A stretch of 64,000 bases of DNA from Candidatus Wirthbacteria bacterium (GTDB lineage: Bacteria; Patescibacteriota; CG2-30-54-11): contig CAISZI010000053.1 of the NCBI GenBank assembly GCA_903889905.1, positions 74,599 to 138,598 of the forward strand, given 5' to 3'. Positions 49,118 through 59,042 of this stretch are shown piece by piece (the stretch's first letter is position 1; each line of letters starts with the position of its first letter). The notes under the pieces are model-generated. The model was not told where the DNA came from and searched no databases. It saw nothing but the letters and a program-made list of their open reading frames with translations. The translations under genes and the position numbers were made by a program.

Positions 49118-49185
49118 TTGACTTTTAATTTCATCCGCCATACACTGAATTGGCTAATCCCGACTTAAACAATCGGAATTAGCCA
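49118..49185 (+). promoter_or_regulatory. suf operon promoter with Rrf2-type operator
   Basis: TTGACT-N17-TACACT (49118-49146); dyad TGGCTAATCCCGA...TCGGAATTAGCCA (49151-49185). Confidence 0.75.
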
Positions 49186-49207
49186 GTTTTGTTATTAGGA
49201 GCGTCGC

Positions 49208-49600
49208 ATGAAGGTGTCATCGGCTGAAGAATACGCCATTCGGGCCATGAGTTTTTTGGCACGGGAATATGGCAACAACAAAGCTTTTTCGCTCAACCAG
49301 ATCAGTGAGCAGGAAAAGCTGCCATTGCCATTTTTGGAACAGATTTTTCGGCAGCTCAAGCTCAAAAAATTGGTCCTCGCACGACGCGGTGTGAGTGGCG
49401 GGTATGTGCTGGCGCGGGATCCGGCGGAAGTGTCATCGCTTGAGGTGATTGAGGCGGTGAGCGGGCCGGTGATGCTGCACCAGTGCAAGGATATGAAATT
49501 TTGTAAACCCGATGGGTGCGATGTCTCGCCACTGTGGCTGCGGCTCACGGCGTCGGTGCGGGAGGTGATGCGGGAGACGAAACTGAGGGATATTGCGTGA
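49208..49600 (+). CDS. Rrf2 family transcriptional regulator with three C-terminal Cys
   Basis: YAIRAM, LEQIF..L, RG..GGY.LAR; C-x5-C-x4-C. Confidence 0.92.
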   Translation: MKVSSAEEYAIRAMSFLAREYGNNKAFSLNQISEQEKLPLPFLEQIFRQLKLKKLVLARRGVSGGYVLARDPAEVSSLEVIEAVSGPVMLHQCKDMKFCKPDGCDVSPLWLRLTASVREVMRETKLRDIA

Positions 49601-49729
49601 GGGGAGAACTCCCTCCAACCTCCTCCTTTGGTAAAGGGGGAGGCGAGAAGTGATGTTTCATACCCTCTTGTAAAGGGGGCGCAGGGGGATTCGGGTGCGA
49701 ACTAATGAGAATATATCTGGATTGGTAAT

Positions 49730-51157
49730 ATGTCAGATACAACAGAATTCAGTCAAGATAAATCCCCTTTCCAGATCGACCGGTCGCGATTTGACCATGT
49801 CAATCAGGAACATTTGGCGTACAAGGCGCCGCTGGGATTGAGTGAAGAGCTGGTGCGGGATATTTCCAAAACCAAAGGTGAACCGGAATGGATGCTGGAG
49901 AAGCGGCTGGAGGGATTGCGGACATTCAACGCCATGCCGATCCCAACCTGGGGGCCGGATTTGAGCGATTTGGATTTGTCACAATTACACTTGTTTATGC
50001 GGCCCAAGGCCAAACAAAATGCCCGCAAGTGGGAAGATGTGCCCGAGGACATCCGTGGGACGTTTGATAAACTGGGCATTCCCGAAGCTGAGAAAAAGGC
50101 GCTGGCCGGTGTGGGTGCGCAGTACGAATCCGAAGTGGTGTATCACAATTTAAAAAAAGAATGGGAAGATCAGGGCGTGGTGTTTATGGACTGTGATGAA
50201 GGCCTGCGGACACATCCGGAAATGTTCCAGAAATACTTTATGACGAGCTGTATCCCGATTAATTTGCATAAATTTACGGCTTTGCACGCGGCTCTGTGGA
50301 GCGGCGGTACGTTTATTTATATTCCGCCCAAGGTCAAACTCGAGATTCCGCTGCAGGCGTATTTTCGCATGAACGCCAAACAGGGCGGGCAGTTTGAGCA
50401 TACGCTGATTATTGTGGACGAAGGCGCGGAGCTGCATTATATCGAAGGTTGCAGCGCGCCGCAGTACTTGTCCAATTCGCTGCACGCCGGCGGTGTGGAA
50501 ATCCATGTCATGAAAGGCGCCCGGGCGCGCTACTCCAGTATCGAAAACTGGTCCAAAAATACCTACAACCTCAACACCAAACGTGCTGTGGTCGCGGAAA
50601 GTGGCGTGATCGAATGGGTCAACGGCAACCTGGGTTCCAAAACGACCATGCTTTACCCGTGTTCCATTCTGATCGGAGATCGTTCGCGGTCGGATTATAT
50701 CGGCATTGCCTATGCCGGGGCAGGCCAAAATCAGGATACGGGCGCCAAGGTGATCCATGTGGGCAAAAACACCAGTTCCACCATCCAGGCCAAATCGATT
50801 TCGGCTTATGGCGGTATCACTACTTACCGTGGGCAACTCAGTGTCAAAAAAGGTGCGGTCAATGCCAAATCCAGCGTGCGTTGTGACGCCTTGATGATGG
50901 ACGACAAATCCAAATCCAACACCTATCCGTACATGGATATTCACCAGCCCAAAATTGACATCGCGCATGAAGCCACAGTGGGCAAGATTGGCTCGGAACA
51001 GATTTTTTACCTGATGAGCAGGGGACTGAGCGAAGATGAAGCGACCAAAATGATCGTCTCGGGCTTTATTGAACCGGTGGTGAAAGAGTTGCCGCTGGAA
51101 TACGCGGTGGAACTCAATCGTTTGATTGAATTAGAAATGGAAGGAAGCCTGGGTTGA
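49730..51157 (+). CDS. sufB: Fe-S assembly protein SufB
   Basis: AQYESEVVY, GQFEHTLII, YIEGCSAP, HEATVGKI, FYLMSRGL, EYAVELNRLI. Confidence 0.96.
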   Translation: MSDTTEFSQDKSPFQIDRSRFDHVNQEHLAYKAPLGLSEELVRDISKTKGEPEWMLEKRLEGLRTFNAMPIPTWGPDLSDLDLSQLHLFMRPKAKQNARKWEDVPEDIRGTFDKLGIPEAEKKALAGVGAQYESEVVYHNLKKEWEDQGVVFMDCDEGLRTHPEMFQKYFMTSCIPINLHKFTALHAALWSGGTFIYIPPKVKLEIPLQAYFRMNAKQGGQFEHTLIIVDEGAELHYIEGCSAPQYLSNSLHAGGVEIHVMKGARARYSSIENWSKNTYNLNTKRAVVAESGVIEWVNGNLGSKTTMLYPCSILIGDRSRSDYIGIAYAGAGQNQDTGAKVIHVGKNTSSTIQAKSISAYGGITTYRGQLSVKKGAVNAKSSVRCDALMMDDKSKSNTYPYMDIHQPKIDIAHEATVGKIGSEQIFYLMSRGLSEDEATKMIVSGFIEPVVKELPLEYAVELNRLIELEMEGSLG

Positions 51158-52359
51158 TGGAACTTTTTGCCACACACTTGGCGGCTTTGCAAAAAATCAC
51201 TGAACCAGATTTTCTGGTCGGGTTTCGTTTGGAGTCATTGGCGCGCTTGCAACAATCGTCGCCGGTTAACTTCCGCCAGGGACTGAATATCGCGGTGGAA
51301 CCGAAGGACTGGGATTTGGGAGCGCTGCTGGACGGCCTGGGACAGAGCGAGGTTGACGTCAACTTACCGGAAGTCGGCGGTGTGCAAGTCAGTCATTTTA
51401 AACTCTGGCAAATAAAACAGCCTGAAACTTTATATCAACTTTGGCAACGCTTCCAGGATCCCTTTTGGGCCAGAGAAAGCGACAAGGAACAGCTTTGGTG
51501 GATGCAGCAGACATTTGTTGATGAAATTGTTTACGTCCACATCGACCGGCGGGTGGCCTCAGACGAACCGATTGTGATCAAACACAAAGTTCAAGCTGCG
51601 CCACTGCGGACCGCTTTTTGGATCGAGGCGGAAGCCATGAGCCAGGTGTCGGTGGTGATTGAGAAGTCTGGCAAATCGCAAGGGTTGATTATGGATGACA
51701 TCCGCGTTTTGGCAGACGACGAGGCGACATTGGATCTGTCCACGATCCAGGATTATGCATTGCGAGATACGCTCATCGTCCAGTTCCGCCAGGCACGCAT
51801 TGGCCAAAACGCGCATGTTGGCCTGACTGATGTGGTCATGGGCGGCAGTTTCGTAAAATCTTCGCAGGTTACCAGTTTGGGAAAACCCGGCGCCTCTGCG
51901 TTGAACACCGTTTTGTACCTGGGCGAACAGGAGCAGCGGTTTGATCTGTTTACCGGATCGCGCCATCTGGCGCCCAATACCGTGTCGAATATTTATACCA
52001 AAGGCGTAGTCAACCACCAGGCCAAGGCCCTTAGCCGTGGCATGATCCAGATTGCCGCAGCGGCTGGTGGCTCCAATGGTTACGAAAAACAGGATGCACT
52101 GATGATCGGTTCCGCCTGCGAAGCCGACGCCATTCCGATGCTCCAGATCGATAACCACGACGTCAAATGCAGTCACGGTTCCACCATCGGCCAGCTCGAT
52201 AGCGACAAAATGTATTACCTCCAGTCGCGTGGACTTGATGCCACGTCAGCACAACAAATGGTGGTGCAGGGGTATTTTGAACCGCTGCTGCAGGAAGTGG
52301 CAGACAGCCGCATGCGAACCTTGGTACATAAAAAAGTAAAAAAGGTGACCCGGCCATGA
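51154..52359 (+). CDS. sufD: Fe-S assembly protein SufD
   Basis: ADAIP.LQID..DVKCSHGSTIG, YYLQSRGL. Confidence 0.9.
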   Translation: MMELFATHLAALQKITEPDFLVGFRLESLARLQQSSPVNFRQGLNIAVEPKDWDLGALLDGLGQSEVDVNLPEVGGVQVSHFKLWQIKQPETLYQLWQRFQDPFWARESDKEQLWWMQQTFVDEIVYVHIDRRVASDEPIVIKHKVQAAPLRTAFWIEAEAMSQVSVVIEKSGKSQGLIMDDIRVLADDEATLDLSTIQDYALRDTLIVQFRQARIGQNAHVGLTDVVMGGSFVKSSQVTSLGKPGASALNTVLYLGEQEQRFDLFTGSRHLAPNTVSNIYTKGVVNHQAKALSRGMIQIAAAAGGSNGYEKQDALMIGSACEADAIPMLQIDNHDVKCSHGSTIGQLDSDKMYYLQSRGLDATSAQQMVVQGYFEPLLQEVADSRMRTLVHKKVKKVTRP

Positions 52360-53582
52360 CCATGGATAATCAGCAGGCGCATCTGCTCAAATCTGACTTT
52401 CCGATTTTGAATACTGCATACAAGGGCCGCAAGGTCGTTTACCTCGATAGTGGCGCCACGTCCCAAAAGCCCCAGGTTGTGATCGACGCCATCAACCAGT
52501 ATTACCGCTTGGAAAACGCCAATATCCATCGCGGTATTTATCGCCTCAGCGAAACTGCCACCCGTATCTGGAGCGAGGCGCATGAGGTGGTGGCCAGGTT
52601 GATCGGGGCCAAGGCAGAGGAAGTTATTTTTACCCGCAATACCACCGAAGCCTTGAATCTTTTGTCTTATACCTTGTTACCACTTTTGCAGGGCCGTACG
52701 GAGATTGTGGCGGGAGCTATGGAGCATCACGCCAACCTCGTTCCCTGGCAGCAAATGGCCAAACGGCACGGGTTGACGCTCAAAATCATCCCCATGCTCG
52801 CCGATTTCACGCTGGATATGACTGCCGCGCAACAATTGATCGGATCCAAGACGGCGATCGTTGCGATTGGCCATGTGTCCAATGCGCTGGGGACTATTCA
52901 TGACGTTCACAAACTGTTTGCCTGGGCCAAAGCCTTGGGCGCTTTGACGGTGTTGGACGCCGCCCAGAGCGCGCCACATCTGAACCTTGATGTGGGTAAA
53001 ATTGGGGCTGATTTTGCCGCCTTGAGTGCGCACAAAATGCTGGGACCAACCGGCCTTGGCTTTTTGTATGGCCGCCGTGACTTGCTGGAACAAATGCAGC
53101 CGTGGCAGTTTGGTGGCGACATGATCGCGGAAGTCAGTTACGATGATGCCAAGTGGAATGAACTGCCAATGAAGTTTGAGGCGGGCACACCCCATATTGC
53201 GGGAGCGGCCGGGATTGTGGCTGCAATTGGCTATTTGAAGTCGGTTGGCCTGGAGGCGATTGGTGCCTGGGAGAAGGAATTGTTGAAATACGCGATTGCT
53301 GAGCTTGGCGATGTGCCAGGTATTAAATTATATTCAGCTGGCGAGCAGCGTTCGGCTGGCATCCTTTCTTTTACTTTGGCGACCGTACATCCCCATGACC
53401 TGGCGTCGCTGCTGAGCGATGATGAGATTTGCGTGCGGGCCGGGCATCATTGTGCCATGCCGCTGATGGGCAGGCTTGGGGTAAGCGCCACAGCGCGGGC
53501 GAGTTTTTATTTGTATAATACGTTTGAAGATGTGGACATGCTTAAAGTTGGGTTGATCAAGGCGGTGGAGTTGTTTGGGTGA
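52356..53582 (+). CDS. sufS: Cysteine desulfurase (class II)
   Basis: YLDSGATSQKP, EHHAN, SAHKMLGPTG, RAGHHCA. Confidence 0.95.
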   Translation: MTMDNQQAHLLKSDFPILNTAYKGRKVVYLDSGATSQKPQVVIDAINQYYRLENANIHRGIYRLSETATRIWSEAHEVVARLIGAKAEEVIFTRNTTEALNLLSYTLLPLLQGRTEIVAGAMEHHANLVPWQQMAKRHGLTLKIIPMLADFTLDMTAAQQLIGSKTAIVAIGHVSNALGTIHDVHKLFAWAKALGALTVLDAAQSAPHLNLDVGKIGADFAALSAHKMLGPTGLGFLYGRRDLLEQMQPWQFGGDMIAEVSYDDAKWNELPMKFEAGTPHIAGAAGIVAAIGYLKSVGLEAIGAWEKELLKYAIAELGDVPGIKLYSAGEQRSAGILSFTLATVHPHDLASLLSDDEICVRAGHHCAMPLMGRLGVSATARASFYLYNTFEDVDMLKVGLIKAVELFG

Positions 53583-53589
53583 GGAGAAA

Positions 53590-53672
53590 TAACGCCCCCT
53601 ACCCCCTCTTATTTTAAGAGGGGGTAAGAATTGGACATGTCCCTCCTTTTTAAAGGAGGCTAGGAGGATTTT
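53590..53672. repeat. CCCCCT...AGGGGG palindromic intergenic repeat family
   Basis: Related units near 18607-18647, 49609-49692 and 54057-54080. Confidence 0.6.
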
Positions 53673-53675
53673 CTC

Positions 53676-54059
53676 ATGGACGACGTGCTTTCGCGGCAGA
53701 TGTATCAGGAAAATATTCTGGAGCATTACAAAAAGCCCCAGAATTTTGGGCATTTGGCCAAACCAACGCACTTGTATCACAGTCACAATCCTCTTTGCGG
53801 TGATGATCTGACGATTGAGATTGCGGTTGTCGATGGAAAAGTTTCAGATGTACGTTTTAGCGGTGTGGGTTGTGCGATTTCGGTAGCATCGGCATCGATG
53901 TTGACTGATGAGATCAAGGGCAAGTCTGTGGAAGCAGTAATGCAAATGACTAAGGATGACGTGCTTGAGCTTCTGCAGATTCCGATTGGGCCGGTACGGC
54001 TCAAATGTGCGTTGTTGAGTTTGGAGACGGTGCAGAAGGCGGTGGGGGGAGGAGAGTAA
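53676..54059 (+). CDS. sufU: SufU/IscU-type scaffold or sulfur acceptor
   Basis: NPLCGD, GCAIS.ASAS, RLKCA. Confidence 0.9.
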   Translation: MDDVLSRQMYQENILEHYKKPQNFGHLAKPTHLYHSHNPLCGDDLTIEIAVVDGKVSDVRFSGVGCAISVASASMLTDEIKGKSVEAVMQMTKDDVLELLQIPIGPVRLKCALLSLETVQKAVGGGE

Positions 54060-54144
54060 CGCCCCCTGCCCCCTCTTATGCACAGCACGTCGATGACTCC
54101 AGCCCTAAGTGGGGGTGGGAAAGATTGTGCCTCTCATTAACATT

Positions 54145-54228
54145 GATGTCATGCTGAACTCGATTCAGCATCTAATCTTTTCTGAAAAAAGTTTAAATCA
54201 GATCCCGAATCGAGTTCGGGATGACATC
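54145..54228. repeat. GTCAT...ATGAC palindromic intergenic repeat
   Basis: GATGTCATGCTGAACTCGATTCAGCATCT...AGATCCCGAATCGAGTTCGGGATGACATC. Confidence 0.78.
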
Positions 54229-54251
54229 CAGGATATTAATCAGGACAAAAA

Positions 54252-54995
54252 ATGTCATTTATTGAAATCCGTGACCTGCATGCCGAGATCGATGGCAAAG
54301 AAATTATTAAGGGCATCAACCTCAAACTCGAACAAGGCAAAGTGAACGCGCTGATGGGCCCCAATGGCAGTGGCAAAAGTACGCTGTCGAATGTGCTGAT
54401 GGGTAGCCCGGAATATCTGGTCACCCAGGGCACAATTCTGTTTGACGGCCAGGACATCACAGCGCTGGAACCCGATGCACGGGCACGGCTTGGTATCTTT
54501 TTGTCCTTCCAGTACCCAAGCGAAATTCCCGGCGTGACGATCAGCAATTTTATGCGCACAGCCATGAACGCGGTGCGTGTTGACGAGAAAAAGCTATCGT
54601 TGGTGGATTTCCGCAAACAACTGACCGACACCATGAAACTGCTCCATATGGACCCGGACATGATGAGCCGCTATCTCAACGAAGGCTTTAGCGGTGGTGA
54701 GAAAAAGCGCGCCGAAATTTTACAACTCCTGATGCTCAATCCGAAATTTGCCATTCTGGACGAGACGGACTCCGGGCTGGATGTCGATGCTTTAAGGGTT
54801 GTTGCCGAAGGTGTGAATCACTTTTTGAACAAGGACAAGTGCGTGCTGATCATCACGCACTACAAACGTATCCTGGAATACATCAAACCTGACCATGTAT
54901 TTATTATGACCGATGGCAAAATCGCCATGGAAGGCGAAGGCGACCTGGTGGACAAGCTTGAGGACCAGGGGTATGGGTGGATTACGGAAGCGTAG
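54252..54995 (+). CDS. sufC: Fe-S assembly ATPase SufC
   Basis: GPNGSGKST, FQYP.EIPGV, NEGFSGGEKKR, DETDSGLD. Confidence 0.96.
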   Translation: MSFIEIRDLHAEIDGKEIIKGINLKLEQGKVNALMGPNGSGKSTLSNVLMGSPEYLVTQGTILFDGQDITALEPDARARLGIFLSFQYPSEIPGVTISNFMRTAMNAVRVDEKKLSLVDFRKQLTDTMKLLHMDPDMMSRYLNEGFSGGEKKRAEILQLLMLNPKFAILDETDSGLDVDALRVVAEGVNHFLNKDKCVLIITHYKRILEYIKPDHVFIMTDGKIAMEGEGDLVDKLEDQGYGWITEA

Positions 54996-55024
54996 GGAAT
55001 TAAAGTTAACGCGTAAAGATAGAG

Positions 55025-55047
55025 ACGGACCAGGGGGTCCGTTTTTT
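55025..55047 (+). terminator. Terminator after sufC
   Basis: ACGGACC-AGG-GGTCCGT followed by a T-tract. Confidence 0.75.
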
Positions 55048-55182
55048 GATTGTCATATCCCGAAGTGGCAGCCCTTGCGGCTGGCAGATTGGGCAAATTC
55101 GGGAGGGCGACCGCAAGGGGCGCCCCTACGGGCCCTGACGGAAACTGTCATTCCATGGTACAATTATTATTCTCCATGCTTC

Positions 55183-55575
55183 ATGGGCAATACGCTTGCT
55201 CAGGTGGAAATTGGAGAAAAGCACCTTAACTTTCCGGATAGACCAACAAATCCAGAGCGAAGGCATCAGCTGCGTCAAATGTGGCGGGTTGATGGCTTCG
55301 CTTTGGTGTGGGACTCAAGTCTCATGAGGGCCAAGGCAAAGATAGCAAAATCGGTTCTCCCAGCTGGGAGAACTGAAATCGTTGGTGACGGCTGTGTGGG
55401 CCGCACCATAAGGAGGTGGAAAATAGAAGGAAAAATGCCCCGAATAGTGTCGGGGTTAATCCTCAGCGTTTTTTGCGCCGGAAGTTTTGTTGTCGCGGTT
55501 GCGACAACTCCAGGCGCAGCTGTTGTTGGGATGATTTTTGCCGTTTGGGCGACCCTTGTATTCAAGGGAGACTAA
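55183..55575 (+). CDS. Hypothetical protein with C-terminal hydrophobic helices
   Basis: 3' part of ORF 54913..55575; ATG 55183 lies beyond the sufC terminator; strong terminator downstream. Confidence 0.5.
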   Translation: MGNTLAQVEIGEKHLNFPDRPTNPERRHQLRQMWRVDGFALVWDSSLMRAKAKIAKSVLPAGRTEIVGDGCVGRTIRRWKIEGKMPRIVSGLILSVFCAGSFVVAVATTPGAAVVGMIFAVWATLVFKGD

Positions 55576-55669
55576 CCGGCAAAAATCAGGGGCTCCCTCG
55601 CCCCAAAAGTCGAAACCCTTTTCCCCGGGGTTTGTCGGGGTGGTCTATTCGCAGAGTAAAGTTTCGGTC

Positions 55670-55709
55670 GGGGCCTGAATGCAGCAATGCATTCAGGCCC
55701 CTTTTTTTT
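55670..55709 (+). terminator. Strong intrinsic terminator
   Basis: 14-bp perfect stem GGGGCCTGAATGCA-GCAA-TGCATTCAGGCCCC plus T8. Confidence 0.9.
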
Positions 55710-55770
55710 GTTCCAAAAAGGACGCGGGTGTCTACCCAGCGTCCTTCTGTTTTGAGATGGCTAAGATAAA

Positions 55771-57252
55771 TTAGCGACTACTTGCCTGATAAGTTGTACT
55801 GGCGACGGGTTTGCCAGTTTGGTCAATGACTTTGATGCTAAGGCCGCCGGTTTTGGGTAGCAGATGCTTAGCCACCGTGATGACTTCATAGGGATTGGTC
55901 GCCACTTGCGTCACCATGTCGGCGCGGAGTGGAGTGGTGAGCTCGACTTTGACTGTGAGCGTGGTGCCATGCAGGTCGGTTTCGGTGGTCTGGATGCGAT
56001 AGCCGCCGGTGGCCTGACGGCCTTGCAGCAGCAGCAGGACAAGATTGGTATTGAAATCGGTGGGTTGGAGGAAGTTGATGAGCGGATTCACGGTCGCACT
56101 GGTTGGATTGTCATTCAGCACCTGAACGGCAGGTGTGCCAAGGTTGTAATCAAAGGGTGAATGGGCACCATAACGTAGGCTGGTGAACTTGATCGCGTCT
56201 GGCGAAGGGGGTGGTTTGATCGGTGTGTCGTTGCTGTTTGCGGCAGGCTGAGTCGGGCTCGACGAAACGTAGGCATTTAACCGTTGCAGCGTGATATTGC
56301 CAAGTCCGGCGTGCAGCGTGAGGTCGAGCTGGTTTTTGGCATTGGTATAATTGCTGGTTTCATAGTCGCCATTGGGTTGTTTTTTGAGGTCAGAGGGCAG
56401 GGACAAACTGGTCAAGCCACCCTGGTAATGCAATCTAACCGCCAGCTCCTGCGGCAGGTTGAGGGTCAAGCTGGCGGCACCCAGGCTGATCGCGGCGGTG
56501 ATTTTGCCGGATTTGAGACCAAACTGGATGTCGGTGGTGGCGGCCCCCATGCTGACGTTGAGTGTTTGCAGGTTGAGGTCATGTAAATCAAGGTGATTGG
56601 TGGACGCACCGGTTTTGAGGGTCAGGTCCAGCGGCAGCGTCTGGTTTATGTTCAGCATCCAGTTGAGGTTGCCTGAGATAAGTGGCAAGACATTCGTAAG
56701 CGATAGTGGATCGGCAGAGGCGTTGATGCTGGTGGTGGAGCCTTCGGTCACGTTGATGGTTGGCAAGGCAAAGGTGCTGGAAGTCTCGCTCACGTCGGCT
56801 GTCACCATGGTTTGGGTGCCTGCCATGGTCAGCGTTCCCATGCCAAACTCCACATTGGCAGTGATTGCCTTGGCCGCATCGGGTAGCGCGTGTTCGACGT
56901 GGTTGGTGACCAGGGTATTGTCCTGAGGGAGACCGCTATCGTTCAACGTCACATGATCGGCAAACACCCGGAGGGGGCCGTTTTGCCAGTACTGAGTGGG
57001 ACTGAGCATTTGATTGGCTGCCACGCCTACACCGGCATAGATCAACAGTAACGACAGCAGGAGCCATGATCCCAGCGTCCTCAGGCTGGTACCGCGGGTG
57101 ATCAGGTTGAGTCCGATGGCCAGAAAGACCACGGGCCAGAACAGGACTGCGGAGAGCAGGTACGTGGCGTTGAGCACGTTGAAATTGATGAGCAGGAAGA
57201 GGATACCAATTGTTATCAGGCTGATGCCGGTGATAATTTTGTGGCGAGGCAT
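55771..57252 (-). CDS. Membrane protein: LiaF-like TM region, beta-solenoid ('toast rack'/adhesin-like) domain, PrcB-C-like domain
   Basis: N-terminal TMs (GILFLL..F, FWPV..IG), repeating L.L..GA units, C-terminal TGGY.I...TQV.T.PY. Confidence 0.7.
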   Translation of the reverse strand: MPRHKIITGISLITIGILFLLINFNVLNATYLLSAVLFWPVVFLAIGLNLITRGTSLRTLGSWLLLSLLLIYAGVGVAANQMLSPTQYWQNGPLRVFADHVTLNDSGLPQDNTLVTNHVEHALPDAAKAITANVEFGMGTLTMAGTQTMVTADVSETSSTFALPTINVTEGSTTSINASADPLSLTNVLPLISGNLNWMLNINQTLPLDLTLKTGASTNHLDLHDLNLQTLNVSMGAATTDIQFGLKSGKITAAISLGAASLTLNLPQELAVRLHYQGGLTSLSLPSDLKKQPNGDYETSNYTNAKNQLDLTLHAGLGNITLQRLNAYVSSSPTQPAANSNDTPIKPPPSPDAIKFTSLRYGAHSPFDYNLGTPAVQVLNDNPTSATVNPLINFLQPTDFNTNLVLLLLQGRQATGGYRIQTTETDLHGTTLTVKVELTTPLRADMVTQVATNPYEVITVAKHLLPKTGGLSIKVIDQTGKPVASTTYQASSR

Positions 57253-57354
57253 TTGTTTTGCTCCAGTTAATAGCGGTTGACCCAAAAATCAACAGCAAAA
57301 GAGTAAAACAAATAGCACGGAGAATCAATATAACCAGAAATTGTGCACTACAGA

Positions 57355-58650
57355 TTAGAGTTTGTCATGGTCCTGATAAAATCTGGCCAGTTTGGCCACG
57401 GAATATCCATAAAACGTGCTGCGGTTGTATCCCCAACAGGCGGGAATGATGTGGTATTGAGTGCTGTGTGCCTCAAACAGGCTTAAGTCCGGCGTTTCAC
57501 CAGACCAGAACACCGGCCAGTTGGTCGTTTGCGTGGCATAGAGGTTGTCGATTGTCTGCAAGTAGTTGCGAACACCCAGCGACGACACCCATAAATGCAC
57601 CGCAATGCCGGCAATGCCATCGTAGGTGTCGTAGGTGTTGAAATCGTTGGGAAGCAGGAATTTGTGTTCAAACAGGGAAATCGTACCGGGACAGAAATTG
57701 CCCCAGCCCTGGCAATTGGTCGGAGATACCATGGACAGGCCCTGTTTGGACTCAATCGTGGCCACGGCCATCAGCACATAGCGGGAAACGCCATAAACAT
57801 GTTCGACGTATTCATACATCGGCGCCATGTGCGCGGGTATTTTCATAATCACAAAACCACCTTCAATGCGTTCTACTCTGCCATTGCTGTCAGTCCAGGG
57901 GATTGCCGTTGGGGCGTAAAGCGGAGAAAGGGATTTGTGCACCACATTGTCGAGCCAGGTTTCGTCTGGGCGATGTTGTTTGAAGTAGTCCGAGGATGCG
58001 ACGTCTTTGTTGTCCATTGCCGCCACTTCAGGCATGGCGCTGTCGGCAAAGGTATTAAAATGTTCTAGTGGTGGGGGTGGTAAGGATACCGGTTGCGCTG
58101 CGGAGATCTGTTGCTTTTCCGTTTTGGCGACGAACAAAGAAAATTGTGTCATTCCGTTCGTAATGATTTGGGCCACTGTCGGTTCGGTGGTAAAGCTGTC
58201 GAAGGTCATAAGCGAGCGCGTATTGTCAGCGGTGGGCGAGGCATGCACCAGGAATGGTGGTGCCAGGAAGGTCAGGATGGCCACGAGCAGGGCACTGTAG
58301 GCAAGTTTGGGCGCCAGCTGTAAATAGTGGTAAATAAAATGCAGTTCGCGATTCAATTCAAGCGTGGAGCGTTTGAGCTTATTGGCAAGGCGGCGGATGG
58401 GCACGGCTTCCCAGCAATGATGCACCGGATAGCCAGCCCGGTGATACCAGGCGTTTAGTTTGGGTTGAGTCAAACACAGGACTTGCGGCAGACGGCGCAG
58501 ATTGAGCACCTGTGAACCGTCGTTGCGGGTGTGACGTGCAAGATCCACAAGTCGTGGTCGCGGGCAATAGGTACGCGCAAAAATACCCCCCAGGCTTTGT
58601 GGGGCGTAGAGGTTTTTGGTGTTGGTATTAAATTGGATGTGCAGACCCAT
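57355..58650 (-). CDS. Membrane-anchored lytic transglycosylase (SLT-like)
   Basis: TM/signal segment, YGV...LMAVATIES (catalytic Glu), G..NF.PGT, GYN..Y. Confidence 0.65.
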   Translation of the reverse strand: MGLHIQFNTNTKNLYAPQSLGGIFARTYCPRPRLVDLARHTRNDGSQVLNLRRLPQVLCLTQPKLNAWYHRAGYPVHHCWEAVPIRRLANKLKRSTLELNRELHFIYHYLQLAPKLAYSALLVAILTFLAPPFLVHASPTADNTRSLMTFDSFTTEPTVAQIITNGMTQFSLFVAKTEKQQISAAQPVSLPPPPLEHFNTFADSAMPEVAAMDNKDVASSDYFKQHRPDETWLDNVVHKSLSPLYAPTAIPWTDSNGRVERIEGGFVIMKIPAHMAPMYEYVEHVYGVSRYVLMAVATIESKQGLSMVSPTNCQGWGNFCPGTISLFEHKFLLPNDFNTYDTYDGIAGIAVHLWVSSLGVRNYLQTIDNLYATQTTNWPVFWSGETPDLSLFEAHSTQYHIIPACWGYNRSTFYGYSVAKLARFYQDHDKL

Positions 58651-59042
58651 GTTTTGTGGTTCGATTTACGATTTTGGTAAATCATAATATTATACCATAA
58701 ATGTCTGCTTTGTGAAGCTAATGGCAATGCGCCAGTTTTGTCTTTATCTTTGCTCCAAAAGGTTTTCTCGAGGCCTGGCCTGTTTGATAAGACATATTCT
58801 GGTATTCGATAAATATTCGTGTTTCAAAACATACACGAAGAGCAAAGCCTTTTATTACCTTTTATTTGCAATGCTTTTAGAAGGTGTGGACATTATTGAT
58901 CGATTTATTGATGGGTAATTGAATGGCAGTCTGAGTATGCATGTCTGACCTTCGTCGCGGTGAATTGATTGATTGGTTTGGGGAAGGAATAGGTTTGCGT
59001 TCGTGGTCTCAACCAGCTACAATCCGGATCAAGGAGGAGGCT

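Noticed and set aside
54913-55182. N-terminal extension of the 54913..55575 ORF
   Set aside because: Overlaps sufC, its terminator and a REP-like element; ATG 55183 is more plausible
55576-55669. Possible ncRNA or riboswitch before the strong terminator
   Set aside because: Small hairpins are present but no recognisable family motif or promoter; explained adequately as a 3' UTR
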